Source: a virus (taxonomy: Duplodnaviria; Heunggongvirae; Uroviricota; Caudoviricetes). From it: a stretch of DNA of 21,969 nt. The notes below the pieces were generated by a model, which ran no database searches, was not told the DNA's origin, and worked only from the letters and a program-made list of their open reading frames with translations. Below, piece after piece: positions 7,131 through 16,140 of this stretch. Location: positions 64,001 through 85,969 of the IMG/VR virus record IMGVR_UViG_3300008267_000017. The stretch is one strand, 5' to 3'. Within the stretch, counting starts at the first letter, position 1, and every line of letters starts with the position of its first letter. A program made the position numbers and the translations under genes.

Positions 7131-8138
7131 TTAAAAATCATCCCAACCTTCAACAGCCGTTGACTGTGAGTATTCTGTAACATTTGTCTCAAAGAAATTT
7201 TCCTTCTTGCGGGAATCTAAGTGAGCATATGGATTAGTATTAAATCCCTTATACAGAGTACCAAGTCCTACAAGCTTTGCACGTTGATTCGCAAGATACT
7301 TGACGTATTGCTCCGTAGACTCTTTAGAAACACCCAAGATGTTATCCCCGTAAGTCTCAATACCCCATTCAATTTCTTGTTCTACTGCAGCTCTAATGAC
7401 TTCCTCTAACATCTCCTTATCTTCTTCGGATGTTAGCAAGTCTCGCACTAAGTAACTCATTAGAGACACATGGGTAACTTCATCGTTCTCAATATACTTA
7501 ATCACTTTAGCCAAACCAACTCCCTTGTTGCGAGAAGCCAATTGATAGAAGAAGTTGAAACCACTGTAGAAGTAAATACCTTCAAGCACAAAATCTGCTG
7601 CAATTGCAAGCTTAAAACTATCTTCACTACGATTACGATTGAACTTAATGTACAAGTCAGCAATAGCCTTGTTACGCTTTAGCAGAAGAGGATTACTACG
7701 CCAATAGTCATATATTTCTTCACGATCTAAGTTAGGGAACAGCTCCTGCAAAATGTATTGGTAGCTCTGACTGTGCACCAACTCCTGATATGCTTGCACT
7801 GTCAGGCAGGCAGATACTTCTGGTGCTGTAATATAATCAGACAACACAGGTAGAGTATTCACTTGCATAGAGTCTAGAGCAATCAAGAAACTCAGAGTGT
7901 TCTTTAGCGCAGATAATTCATGATCTGTTAACTCTTTAAGTGTAACCTTATCTTCCACAAGACTCACTTTCTGAGGCAACCAGAAATTATTCTGCATGAT
8001 TCCTAACAAATTAGTAGCCCACTTATACTTAATCGTATTCAGGTTAAGAATTCCTGTAGAGTTTCCTCCAATCAATTTACGATCTTCCAGAGTATCACTA
8101 CCATTCTCATTAAATACTTTCTTACGTTTCATTTCCAT
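7131..8138 (-). CDS. nrdB: Ribonucleotide reductase class I beta subunit
   Basis: Metal ligands in LDSMQ, ELVH..SY (radical Tyr position), EGIYFYSGF and DEVTH; NFFE...EY C-terminal tail. Confidence 0.95.
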   Translation of the reverse strand: MEMKRKKVFNENGSDTLEDRKLIGGNSTGILNLNTIKYKWATNLLGIMQNNFWLPQKVSLVEDKVTLKELTDHELSALKNTLSFLIALDSMQVNTLPVLSDYITAPEVSACLTVQAYQELVHSQSYQYILQELFPNLDREEIYDYWRSNPLLLKRNKAIADLYIKFNRNRSEDSFKLAIAADFVLEGIYFYSGFNFFYQLASRNKGVGLAKVIKYIENDEVTHVSLMSYLVRDLLTSEEDKEMLEEVIRAAVEQEIEWGIETYGDNILGVSKESTEQYVKYLANQRAKLVGLGTLYKGFNTNPYAHLDSRKKENFFETNVTEYSQSTAVEGWDDF

Positions 8139-8147
8139 ACTTTCTCC

Positions 8148-10331
8148 TTAAGATTCACAACTCTCGCATGCACTCTCTTTAACAGCTACTGAAGCATTCT
8201 TTTTAATAGAACGAATATAGTAGATTGTCTTGCACTTCTTCTTGTGTGCATAGTGAATAGCATCATACAAGTCTTTAGCTTTAAAGTCAACTTTATTTTG
8301 GTCAAACATCAATTCCATACTAATCCCTGTGTCAATATACTTCTGTAATTCACTTGCTACATCAATAATCTCAAGAGCATCAAACTGAGGTAAGTCTCGT
8401 GCATAACCTTCTGGATGTTCCTTTAAATATTTAGCAGCAATCGACATCACACCATTCTTATTGTCCTCAGAGAAGAACTTCTCGTACACTGGTAGGAACG
8501 TGGCACTTGCTTCTTGGTAGATGCTTGTACTTGTCGTTGGTGCAGGACTTGTCAATTGTGAATTGCGAATACCATACTTATCAATCTCTTGCTGCAATGC
8601 TTCCCAACATTCAGGGTGCTTACTATTACTTGCAAAATACTTTGTTTGTTCTCCCGAAGCCCACGTACTATCTTTGAATGCATTGAACGTGCCAAACTCT
8701 TTAGCCAACTCAACAGACTCTGTAGCTGCACTCAATTCAATAATCTCAGAGAGTTCTCGGATAGCTGTCAAAGAACGATAGTTCAATTTATTCTTAGCTA
8801 AATAATCATTCAAGCCCATAATACCAATACCGATTGTTCTGAACTCATCATTGTGATCTGATGTAATGCTGTCAGGAGCATTCGTCAAACTAATGCCATA
8901 ATCTAAGATACGAGCTGCAATACGTGCCACCTCTGCCAATTCTTTCAGGCTGTCAATATTTGCTAAGTTGATTGACGCCAGATTGCACACATGTCCATAT
9001 ACATCTGGCTTTGTGTTTGAGTATGATTCTACACATAAGTTAGCACATACAATACCATAAGAACCTTTGTGACCCTTGTTAGGATTTCTACGATTCATCT
9101 CATCTGTGAAGCTCAAGAATGGGAGTCCAGAATCAAATTGACTACGCATAATAATCTTCATCAAATCACGAGCGTTAGAAATCTCCTTAGCCACTTTCAA
9201 CTTACCTGCATAGAATGCTGCCTCAATCTTAGCATATGCTTCTTCAAACTTTTCGTTATACAATCCTCGGATATCAATACCAAGCTTCTCACGTACTTCG
9301 TAAGGACAGAATGTTACGAAAGGTTTCTGTTCCTTATCTCGTTGCATAAACAAATCAGGTACTGTCACTTGTGGGAATACATCGTAAGCCTTCAAACGTA
9401 AATCACCATGCTCTGTCTGCATATCAAGAAAGTCTTGAATGTCATTATGCCAGATTGGTAGAGCTACTGTTGCAGCTCCTGCTCGTTTTCCACCTTGATT
9501 CACAGCAACCATTGTATCATTAATGATCTTAACCCACTGTGTAATGACACCTGCTGCACCATCATACCCTGCTACAGAACTTCCTTTAGCACGTAAGTAT
9601 CCTAGAAATACTCCAATGCCTCCACCGTTCTTGCTAATCTTAGCCATTCGTTTTACATTGTCAAAGATAGAATCTAAATCATCTTCAATTGTAATAATAA
9701 AGCAAGAAGCTACGTTACCACCTTTACGAAGGTTATTCATAAACGGGGTCGCAGGTGATAGCTTTCGTAAGCTAAATACATCGTAGAATTGTTTTACCCT
9801 CTCAACACGAGTGTTTTCAGGCTCTAATTGACCAAAGCGCATAGCATTTACCATGTGCATGTGTTGGTTCAATTCATACTTACCTAAATACTTTTTATCA
9901 ACTGTCAATAGAGATGCATAAGAATGGTCTAAGTCACGTTCGATCTTGATGTACTTTCCAAGTTCGTTGATTTGTTCATCTGTGTAGAAGTCCAATATCT
10001 CTTTTGTATATTCTTTCTTCTTAACATTGTATTTGATAATGTCTAAGAAGCTCTTATCTTTCAGCTTAAAGTTTGCCCACATGTTAGCTGCATAAGCACG
10101 TCCACCTACTTTAAGCCATTCTGGATTTGTTGGTGTTGCTAATTGAACAGCTTGACGAATTACGTTCTCTTGGATTGAAGAGGTTTTAATTCCATTCTTG
10201 ATTACAGCATCCATCATGGATTCCAACACCAGATTGTTTGCACCTGTCTCTCCTACAGCATGTGCAATTGATTGCTTAATCTTAGCTGCGTCATAAGCTA
10301 CTTTTGTACCATCTCGTTTCTCTACAATCAT
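8148..10331 (-). CDS. nrdA: Ribonucleotide reductase class I alpha subunit with N-terminal ATP cone
   Basis: Start set at MIVEKRDG (GAAAGGG RBS; the track's upstream extension crosses the promoter). SPATP, ASCF, NLCVE, CNLASINL, PAPT..TS, YYIR and terminal CESC motifs. Confidence 0.95.
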   Translation of the reverse strand: MIVEKRDGTKVAYDAAKIKQSIAHAVGETGANNLVLESMMDAVIKNGIKTSSIQENVIRQAVQLATPTNPEWLKVGGRAYAANMWANFKLKDKSFLDIIKYNVKKKEYTKEILDFYTDEQINELGKYIKIERDLDHSYASLLTVDKKYLGKYELNQHMHMVNAMRFGQLEPENTRVERVKQFYDVFSLRKLSPATPFMNNLRKGGNVASCFIITIEDDLDSIFDNVKRMAKISKNGGGIGVFLGYLRAKGSSVAGYDGAAGVITQWVKIINDTMVAVNQGGKRAGAATVALPIWHNDIQDFLDMQTEHGDLRLKAYDVFPQVTVPDLFMQRDKEQKPFVTFCPYEVREKLGIDIRGLYNEKFEEAYAKIEAAFYAGKLKVAKEISNARDLMKIIMRSQFDSGLPFLSFTDEMNRRNPNKGHKGSYGIVCANLCVESYSNTKPDVYGHVCNLASINLANIDSLKELAEVARIAARILDYGISLTNAPDSITSDHNDEFRTIGIGIMGLNDYLAKNKLNYRSLTAIRELSEIIELSAATESVELAKEFGTFNAFKDSTWASGEQTKYFASNSKHPECWEALQQEIDKYGIRNSQLTSPAPTTSTSIYQEASATFLPVYEKFFSEDNKNGVMSIAAKYLKEHPEGYARDLPQFDALEIIDVASELQKYIDTGISMELMFDQNKVDFKAKDLYDAIHYAHKKKCKTIYYIRSIKKNASVAVKESACESCES

Positions 10332-10355
10332 ATTTCCCTTTCTAATAATTCTCTT

Positions 10356-10403
10356 TTCTGAAGAGTGAACGACTATTATAACACCCACTCTTCAGAATTT
10401 CAA
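10356..10403 (-). promoter_or_regulatory. nrdAB promoter with -10 inside a perfect 12-bp inverted repeat
   Basis: TTGAAA (10398-10403), 17 nt, TATAAT (10375-10380); arms TTCTGAAGAGTG/CACTCTTCAGAA at 10356-10367 and 10386-10397. Confidence 0.75.
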
Positions 10404-10424
10404 TAGCTTATTTCTCACAAACTC

Positions 10425-10568
10425 TCATTCCTCACAAACTACAATAAACCCTTCCTCAGAACAATGTATTGTAGCATGAGGATGTTCTTTCAATGCCTCT
10501 TGTAAGCTTTTCAATACACTTGCAACTAATACGCCTGAGTCGCAGTAGAATACTACGTTATTTTCCAT
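10425..10568 (-). CDS. Hypothetical protein, 47 aa
   Basis: Not in the track. GGAGGAG RBS; MENNVVFYCDSGVLVASVLKSLQEALKEHPHATIHCSEEGFIVVCEE*. Confidence 0.6.
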   Translation of the reverse strand: MENNVVFYCDSGVLVASVLKSLQEALKEHPHATIHCSEEGFIVVCEE

Positions 10569-11088
10569 TAACTCCTCCAACGTATTCGTAGAATGTTTTC
10601 ATACCGCCATTAGCACCCATTGAACTTCCTCTCACATCAATAGCAATCTGGTTTAATAGGTTGATTTGTTGCTCTAAAACCTGCCAATTCTCTTCGTACA
10701 TTGATTCGTATTCCCGATCACTTTCAGCGTCATCCTCCACGGATTTACCATAAGAGAAGCAACCTCCAGACAGCTTCACCATCTCTTGTGTCAGGCTCAC
10801 ATCACGTCGAAGATGGCTTAGTGTCCTCACTTCAGGTGTGCAGAAGGGACTTGAACGGAATGAAGGTGTGTTTGTAAGCTCTCCAATCAATCTGTACCCT
10901 ACTACAACTTTACCGAACATATTCTTATGTTGAGATGCTTCATAGCAGTATCCTCCAGTTACGTCCATGCCTGCTGTACGAGCATGGTTCAACACTTTCT
11001 CATCATTCTTAGGGTGAATCAAAGAGACTTCATTCATCCCTGCGAAGTCCCCTAATTTTAATAAATCTGAAACTGAAATGTTAAACAT
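10558..11088 (-). CDS. Hypothetical phage protein
   Basis: GGAGG RBS before MFNISV; about 176 aa; overlaps both neighbours. Confidence 0.75.
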   Translation of the reverse strand: MFNISVSDLLKLGDFAGMNEVSLIHPKNDEKVLNHARTAGMDVTGGYCYEASQHKNMFGKVVVGYRLIGELTNTPSFRSSPFCTPEVRTLSHLRRDVSLTQEMVKLSGGCFSYGKSVEDDAESDREYESMYEENWQVLEQQINLLNQIAIDVRGSSMGANGGMKTFYEYVGGVNGK

Positions 11089-11689
11089 TAGCACCTCCTG
11101 ATAAGAACCCTTTTACTTCATGCCCTGAGAGATTAACAAGAACAAAGTTTAATGGCTTACGTATCTTCGAAGTCTCTTTATCCTTAAACACATACACACT
11201 ATGTTGTGAATTGTATTCCTTTGTTGTGTTAGGTGGTTGAATATTTTCTATAGCACTCTCTAATTTAAACTTTTTAACTACACGCGCAGATAATGGATTG
11301 TGGTTTATTGCGGTAATATCTCCTGTCGGAAACTTACTCAAGTTATTCTCATTCACTTTCTTCAAAGCCCCCGCCACATCAAACCCTGCAGACTCAAGTT
11401 TCTGCATTAGTCCAGCCACTGTTACAAACATATCACAGGCTGCATCTAACAGCTCTACGTCTGGGTCGTATTCATCTAAGTTCTCATCATCATAGTTTGT
11501 CCATTCACTTCGTGGGGTAAGCCCACGTTCTACAGCCTCAATACCTTCTGTGAGTTCTTCAAAGATGAAGGACAATTGATTATCCACACTCTCTGGTGTT
11601 ACGTTGTCAAGGTTAGAAGCAATCTGATTAAACAGCTTTACATTCTTGTAAGCCTCTTGAATTGTATCTTCCATTTTGTTATACCCCAT
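11081..11689 (-). CDS. MazG-like/PRA-PH-like nucleoside triphosphate pyrophosphohydrolase
   Basis: FIFEELTEGIEA ... ELLDAACDMFVT acidic metal motif and V.ENNLSK motif. Confidence 0.8.
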   Translation of the reverse strand: MGYNKMEDTIQEAYKNVKLFNQIASNLDNVTPESVDNQLSFIFEELTEGIEAVERGLTPRSEWTNYDDENLDEYDPDVELLDAACDMFVTVAGLMQKLESAGFDVAGALKKVNENNLSKFPTGDITAINHNPLSARVVKKFKLESAIENIQPPNTTKEYNSQHSVYVFKDKETSKIRKPLNFVLVNLSGHEVKGFLSGGANV

Positions 11690-11859
11690 TATATCTCCTC
11701 ATTCGTTAACTCATATACATCCAACACTTGCACATTATCTACACACCAGTTTGTATTAGCTTCATCTTCTACAAATCGAATAAGCGTATCAACAGCTCCA
11801 AGTGGTGTGTCTTCATAGTGTACGTCTATCGTGCAGCTTACTCTGAATGTTTTATTCAT
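11689..11859 (-). CDS. Hypothetical protein, 56 aa
   Basis: Start moved to MNKTFRV (GAGGAG RBS). Confidence 0.65.
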   Translation of the reverse strand: MNKTFRVSCTIDVHYEDTPLGAVDTLIRFVEDEANTNWCVDNVQVLDVYELTNEEI

Positions 11860-11860
11860 G

Positions 11861-12040
11861 TTATTTCTCCTCTTCATAAAGTACCTTACCTTCTGGATAC
11901 ATCAAGGCATTAATTGCTTCTACAGCTTCACTATCTGTTAAAAATCGCCTACAACCTTTATACCAAATATCATTCCATCCGAACCAAGATTTGTACTGTG
12001 GTCGATAATATCCTTGATCTGCAATTATTCGTGCCTTCAT
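11861..12040 (-). CDS. Hypothetical protein, 59 aa
   Basis: Not in the track. GGGAG RBS; MKARIIADQGYYRPQYKSWFGWNDIWYKGCRRFLTDSEAVEAINALMYPEGKVLYEEEK*. Confidence 0.65.
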   Translation of the reverse strand: MKARIIADQGYYRPQYKSWFGWNDIWYKGCRRFLTDSEAVEAINALMYPEGKVLYEEEK

Positions 12041-12041
12041 T

Positions 12042-12218
12042 TTATTTCTCCCAACGAATGTTTATTCCAAACCTGTCTGAAAAACTAATAGCATCTTGTT
12101 CATTGTAAAACTCACAGATTCTGTTCGCATTGTCGTCGTACAAGCACCCACTAAATTTAATCTCATTATTGTTTGGTAATAGTACAACAGCAGTTCTTGC
12201 ATAAATATTTATGACCAT
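12042..12218 (-). CDS. Hypothetical protein, 58 aa
   Basis: Not in the track. AAGGAGG RBS; MVINIYARTAVVLLPNNNEIKFSGCLYDDNANRICEFYNEQDAISFSDRFGINIRWEK*. Confidence 0.65.
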   Translation of the reverse strand: MVINIYARTAVVLLPNNNEIKFSGCLYDDNANRICEFYNEQDAISFSDRFGINIRWEK

Positions 12219-12227
12219 AACACCTCC

Positions 12228-12533
12228 TTAAAAACTAAAATGAAATTCCTGCATCTGCTGTCGCAATTGTTCCTGTGCAGCAAAGGCATTATACACTAAT
12301 TGCAAATCTAAGTCCACACTCTTCAAATATTCTAACAAGTCTGGCTCTTGTTTATATGCAATAGGAACACCGTAATGATAGTGTGTACATCCTGCAGAAT
12401 ATCCTTTGTCATCGAATAATGCTGTCTTGTCTGAAATCACTCCAACACTTCCTTGAGGAGCTATTGAAACACAACCATTCTCGTAGAATGTTATTAGGAT
12501 GTTTCTGAATAATGGAATTGTAATGTTGTTCAT
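12228..12533 (-). CDS. Hypothetical protein
   Basis: GGAG RBS; ATGA overlap with the phosphoesterase. Confidence 0.7.
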   Translation of the reverse strand: MNNITIPLFRNILITFYENGCVSIAPQGSVGVISDKTALFDDKGYSAGCTHYHYGVPIAYKQEPDLLEYLKSVDLDLQLVYNAFAAQEQLRQQMQEFHFSF

Positions 12534-13612
12534 TTAGCTTCTCCATAATTCTCCAACAACCAATCAATAGATACAACCATTGGATTATAACTCCCGTTCC
12601 TAACATTGTGCTTGACAACAATTCCTTTCCAATGATGATTCCCCTGCTGACCTTTGTAGTCTTCTTCATGCATATAAAAAGCCCCTGCTACTAAGCCAAA
12701 TTGCTGCTCTCCGTCAATTTGCAAGTATCGTGTAGCAATGTCGAGTATTTGTCTGTGTCCCATACTGAATGATCGACCAAGTTTTGTCAACATATTAGCA
12801 GCAGTGCCTGTCATTGGCTTTCCTGTCATAACATTCTGGAAGTAATGGCAATAGGCAATTCCACCAACCGTTACTGGAGTTAGGAAAGGATAAACTTCCC
12901 AACCAAACTCTTCATACTTTAAACTGTGTATTCCTAAAAATCCATCAAGCTCTGGACAACTATTTACATGACGTGTGATTCGGTCTTCATGATTGCCCAA
13001 ACACAATACCATACGAGGTTTGTATTTAATCTCTCCAAACTCTTCAAGTTCTGCTTGTTGTAGATTGTATAAAGGTTCTAATAAAATCCACATAGCTTCA
13101 ATAGCTGCATTGATATCTTTAATAACTCGTTTACCCTCAGCAGACTTCTTACCTTTGTCCCAAGAAGATAAACTTTCCATATCTGCAAAGTCCCCGATGT
13201 TGATAATGACATCTGGTTTCTTGTGTACGATGTAGTTACCTAGTGCAGCTAAGTGAGAAAAGTCTACACCTTCTTTGGCTTGTGCATCTGGAATGAATAA
13301 ATGAGTACCTTCTTGTTTTGTTGGGTCTGTGACAATCTTGAATACAGTCTCATAAGTGATTGGGTCGTCACTGTTGATAGCATTTAAGGTGTAGAATTCT
13401 TCTGAATAAGATAGTGATGGGTACATGTCATCGACACGTTTAACAGCATCAACATCATCGTCAACCTTCTCACGCTCTTTGTAATAAGCCCGTAACGCAT
13501 CTGAGACTGAGCTTTTAGGAACTCCTAACTCTCTCGCAATCCCCCTCCACGACAATGCACCTGTTTCGGCTAATTTGATCGCACCTAGCATCCATTCTTT
13601 ATTACTAATCAT
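12530..13612 (-). CDS. Calcineurin-like metallophosphoesterase with N-terminal HTH
   Basis: IPDAQ, IGDFAD, LGNHEDR, CHY and MGHRQ motifs; N-terminal WRGIARELGVPKSSVSDALR helix-turn-helix. Confidence 0.88.
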   Translation of the reverse strand: MISNKEWMLGAIKLAETGALSWRGIARELGVPKSSVSDALRAYYKEREKVDDDVDAVKRVDDMYPSLSYSEEFYTLNAINSDDPITYETVFKIVTDPTKQEGTHLFIPDAQAKEGVDFSHLAALGNYIVHKKPDVIINIGDFADMESLSSWDKGKKSAEGKRVIKDINAAIEAMWILLEPLYNLQQAELEEFGEIKYKPRMVLCLGNHEDRITRHVNSCPELDGFLGIHSLKYEEFGWEVYPFLTPVTVGGIAYCHYFQNVMTGKPMTGTAANMLTKLGRSFSMGHRQILDIATRYLQIDGEQQFGLVAGAFYMHEEDYKGQQGNHHWKGIVVKHNVRNGSYNPMVVSIDWLLENYGEAK

Positions 13613-13824
13613 GTATTCTCCTTATGTTCATTATGAAAGTCGTATGCTGCTTGTAGAGCTTCAATTAAAGTGGGAACATCTTCAATATAAAACTCATCAT
13701 TTGATAGAAACACTATATGTTGATTGTCATCAACATTACTTGTACAAATATCTACAGATTCAACATCCTCTGCAAGACTAAGAAATCTCCAACACAAATC
13801 ATCTTCGTCAGCTTCAATAGTCAT
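13609..13824 (-). CDS. Acidic hypothetical protein (paralog of 14009..14239)
   Basis: C-terminal YIEDVPTLIEALQAAYDF. Confidence 0.75.
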   Translation of the reverse strand: MTIEADEDDLCWRFLSLAEDVESVDICTSNVDDNQHIVFLSNDEFYIEDVPTLIEALQAAYDFHNEHKENT

Positions 13825-14012
13825 ACATTCTCCTCTAAATTAATCGTCAAAACCATCGTCTTAGTCTTTACACCAAACAACACTGGATGTGTATCAACAC
13901 TAACTATCAAACCCCTAATATCATAATCCTTCAAAGCAATATCTAACGTCTTCTCAATCACTTCCCTGTAAACAGGTTCAAAAAGTCCATTGTGGTAGGT
14001 TATGTTTTTCAT
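13821..14012 (-). CDS. Hypothetical protein
   Basis: ATGA overlaps on both sides; AAGGA RBS. Confidence 0.65.
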   Translation of the reverse strand: MKNITYHNGLFEPVYREVIEKTLDIALKDYDIRGLIVSVDTHPVLFGVKTKTMVLTINLEENV

Positions 14013-14239
14013 TGCGATTCCTTAAACTTAAAATCATAAGCTGCTTGCAATGCTAAGATGAGCTTAGGAATGTCTTTACAGTAAATCTCTGAAATTTCAT
14101 CTTTATCATAATTCATAAAAGTGATCGCAGAAAGTGCCTTGCTCACATACACACATTCTATATTACCTTGAGAATTAGTATAAGCAAATCGTTGGTCTTC
14201 TGGAACATCTTCACTATCATCTTTATCAACAAATATCAT
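14009..14239 (-). CDS. Acidic hypothetical protein (paralog of 13609..13824)
   Basis: C-terminal YCKDIPKLILALQAAYDF; AAGGAG RBS. Confidence 0.75.
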   Translation of the reverse strand: MIFVDKDDSEDVPEDQRFAYTNSQGNIECVYVSKALSAITFMNYDKDEISEIYCKDIPKLILALQAAYDFKFKESQ

Positions 14240-14240
14240 A

Positions 14241-14753
14241 TTAATTCACTCCTTTTAAAATTGAACGAACAGCAGCTTTCCTATTTGCTTCGTTATTGAC
14301 ATTATATTCTTCGTGCCAATCATAGTCAAGGATAAACTGAACAATATCATCTTTATTTTCATTCTTGAAGATAGCTATCAATTCCTTCTCTAATGTAGCT
14401 TCATCTTCTGTCACACCATGCTTGAACATGTATGTTTTAATATCGTGACATGTGTGGCAGAGAATGTCAAGTCCATCTTTCTCACAGAACAACCGTTGCA
14501 TAAACCCTTGTACATCTTCCCAGCAACTCAACACACCACATTCTTCACGATGGTCTACCGCAACTTGCTTCGCAGAAAACAACCCTTTGCATTTAGCACA
14601 CTGGTAACACACTTTCTGTCTAGGATTATCTCCAACATAAGGACGTTTAGCTGCTGCTAGGGCTTCGTATATTGGTGGATGACGCTGTGAAATCTTTCGT
14701 AAAGAACTTCTCAACCATACGAAGAAGTTTATAGGCTTCTTAGCTTTCTTCAT
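14241..14753 (-). CDS. HNH (His-Me finger) nuclease with zinc-binding CxxC pairs
   Basis: WLRSSLR; CAKC...VAVDH...RLFC....LCHTCHDIKT pattern; start set at MKKAKK. Confidence 0.8.
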   Translation of the reverse strand: MKKAKKPINFFVWLRSSLRKISQRHPPIYEALAAAKRPYVGDNPRQKVCYQCAKCKGLFSAKQVAVDHREECGVLSCWEDVQGFMQRLFCEKDGLDILCHTCHDIKTYMFKHGVTEDEATLEKELIAIFKNENKDDIVQFILDYDWHEEYNVNNEANRKAAVRSILKGVN

Positions 14754-14991
14754 ACGTTCCAATCACTTCACAAGATAAATTAGGTAGGTCTCCTAATACA
14801 TTCTCAAATAATATCTGGATAACATCTTCCACCCTGTTCACAGGTAATCCAACTTCTTCTGACATTTCTTTATAGTTTACGAACTCTTCACCAATACCTA
14901 CACATAAGCAACCACCCGCCTGTGGTACGTCAATAATATAACCAACATCGTCTGTTGTGTTCGACTGTATTGTGTATTTCTTAATTTCCAT
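14740..14991 (-). CDS. Hypothetical protein
   Basis: Start moved to MEIKKY (AAGGAGG upstream). Confidence 0.65.
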   Translation of the reverse strand: MEIKKYTIQSNTTDDVGYIIDVPQAGGCLCVGIGEEFVNYKEMSEEVGLPVNRVEDVIQILFENVLGDLPNLSCEVIGTYEES

Positions 14992-15172
14992 AATTCCACC
15001 CTCCTTCATTATAACTTTCAAAACATGCTTTGTGCAGTCTCCACAAATGCTTAGGAATCTCTACAGAAATACCAGCATTCCATTCCTCTTCCATTGCACA
15101 GCTCCACATAGCATGACATTTAGCAGACTCTTCAAATATCATCCAAGCTGGTAGTATGTTGTTCCAGCTCAT
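14981..15172 (-). CDS. Hypothetical Trp-rich protein
   Basis: Start moved to MSWNNILP; ATGA overlap with the exonuclease stop. Confidence 0.65.
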   Translation of the reverse strand: MSWNNILPAWMIFEESAKCHAMWSCAMEEEWNAGISVEIPKHLWRLHKACFESYNEGGWNYGN

Positions 15173-16140
15173 GATTCTTTCCAATCAATTCCTAGATTGT
15201 TCAAGAGCTTCTCTGTGCTGAACGCATCATCTTCTGAGCGTTTCATATGAGCACAAGCTGCATACATGTCCATAATTTCTATCAAACTCTTAGACTGTTC
15301 AATTCCTTGCCAATCTGTATATACAATAGGTTCTTTAGGATACCAAGCTTTGTATTGCTTGTAAACAGCTTCTACAGCTTCTTTATCTGTTTTGCAGTCT
15401 TTCAGTAGATTGTACATTGACACGACACCAAACTTCTTTCCAGCTATTTCACACGGCTTGAATGCATCAATCGAGTCGCCCAAAATCCACTGAGCATAAT
15501 AAAAAACTCTACCATATCCATCGAAGTCTTTGTTATCTTTAACCAGCTTAATCTCTCCAAAACCTCTTACAAGAAACGGCTCAGATTGTTTAGTCCAATT
15601 ATACATATAGCCAGCAACACCATTTTGGTCTCCGTCAATTGTGCAAGCAATTGTCTTAATCCCTTGAGCTAATCCCTCTGCACATCTCTGAGCCAACTTA
15701 TCATCAACCTCTCGTCCATTAACAATTTCAGCTTTCTTTTTATGCTCTAGATAGTCTCTACACTCTTTCAATTGTATAGGCTTGGTACTGCTTCGACCAC
15801 TTTTATACTTTGTTGGAAGAGGGAGCTTATCACGAAAGTTATCAACACCACTCAAGTATACCTCAACTTCATCTGCTTTGCAAGACTTCTTTAAAGCTTC
15901 AATAGTAGTGTTTATAGCGTGAAATGCATGAGAAATATCTTCTGGTGTTTGTACATCTACAATATCAAACTCTTCAATACTAAAAGAATCTTTAATTTGC
16001 TCTTTCAAGCTTGTTCTGTGAGGGCAGATAATCTCTTGTCCTGTTGTTTTATGTGTTGCCTTGATACTACGAGTTTCGTTTGCAGCAGCGCATCTGAAAG
16101 CCACGATATCGCCATCAATTACTGCTATTGTTTTAGTCAT
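15169..16140 (-). CDS. 5'-3' exonuclease/flap endonuclease (T7 gp6/T5 D15-like)
   Basis: IAVIDGD, NFR..L....KY, EVDD, TIDGD and ILGDSID acidic motifs. Confidence 0.9.
   Translation of the reverse strand: MTKTIAVIDGDIVAFRCAAANETRSIKATHKTTGQEIICPHRTSLKEQIKDSFSIEEFDIVDVQTPEDISHAFHAINTTIEALKKSCKADEVEVYLSGVDNFRDKLPLPTKYKSGRSSTKPIQLKECRDYLEHKKKAEIVNGREVDDKLAQRCAEGLAQGIKTIACTIDGDQNGVAGYMYNWTKQSEPFLVRGFGEIKLVKDNKDFDGYGRVFYYAQWILGDSIDAFKPCEIAGKKFGVVSMYNLLKDCKTDKEAVEAVYKQYKAWYPKEPIVYTDWQGIEQSKSLIEIMDMYAACAHMKRSEDDAFSTEKLLNNLGIDWKES

Noticed and set aside
7131-10331. Metal-free class Ie RNR, or intron/intein in nrdA/nrdB
   Set aside because: All carboxylate and His ligands are present; both frames are continuous and of normal length.
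10332-10388. 19-aa N-terminal extension of NrdA in the track
   Set aside because: It runs through the promoter and inverted repeat; the RBS and ATP-cone consensus point to the ATG at 10331.
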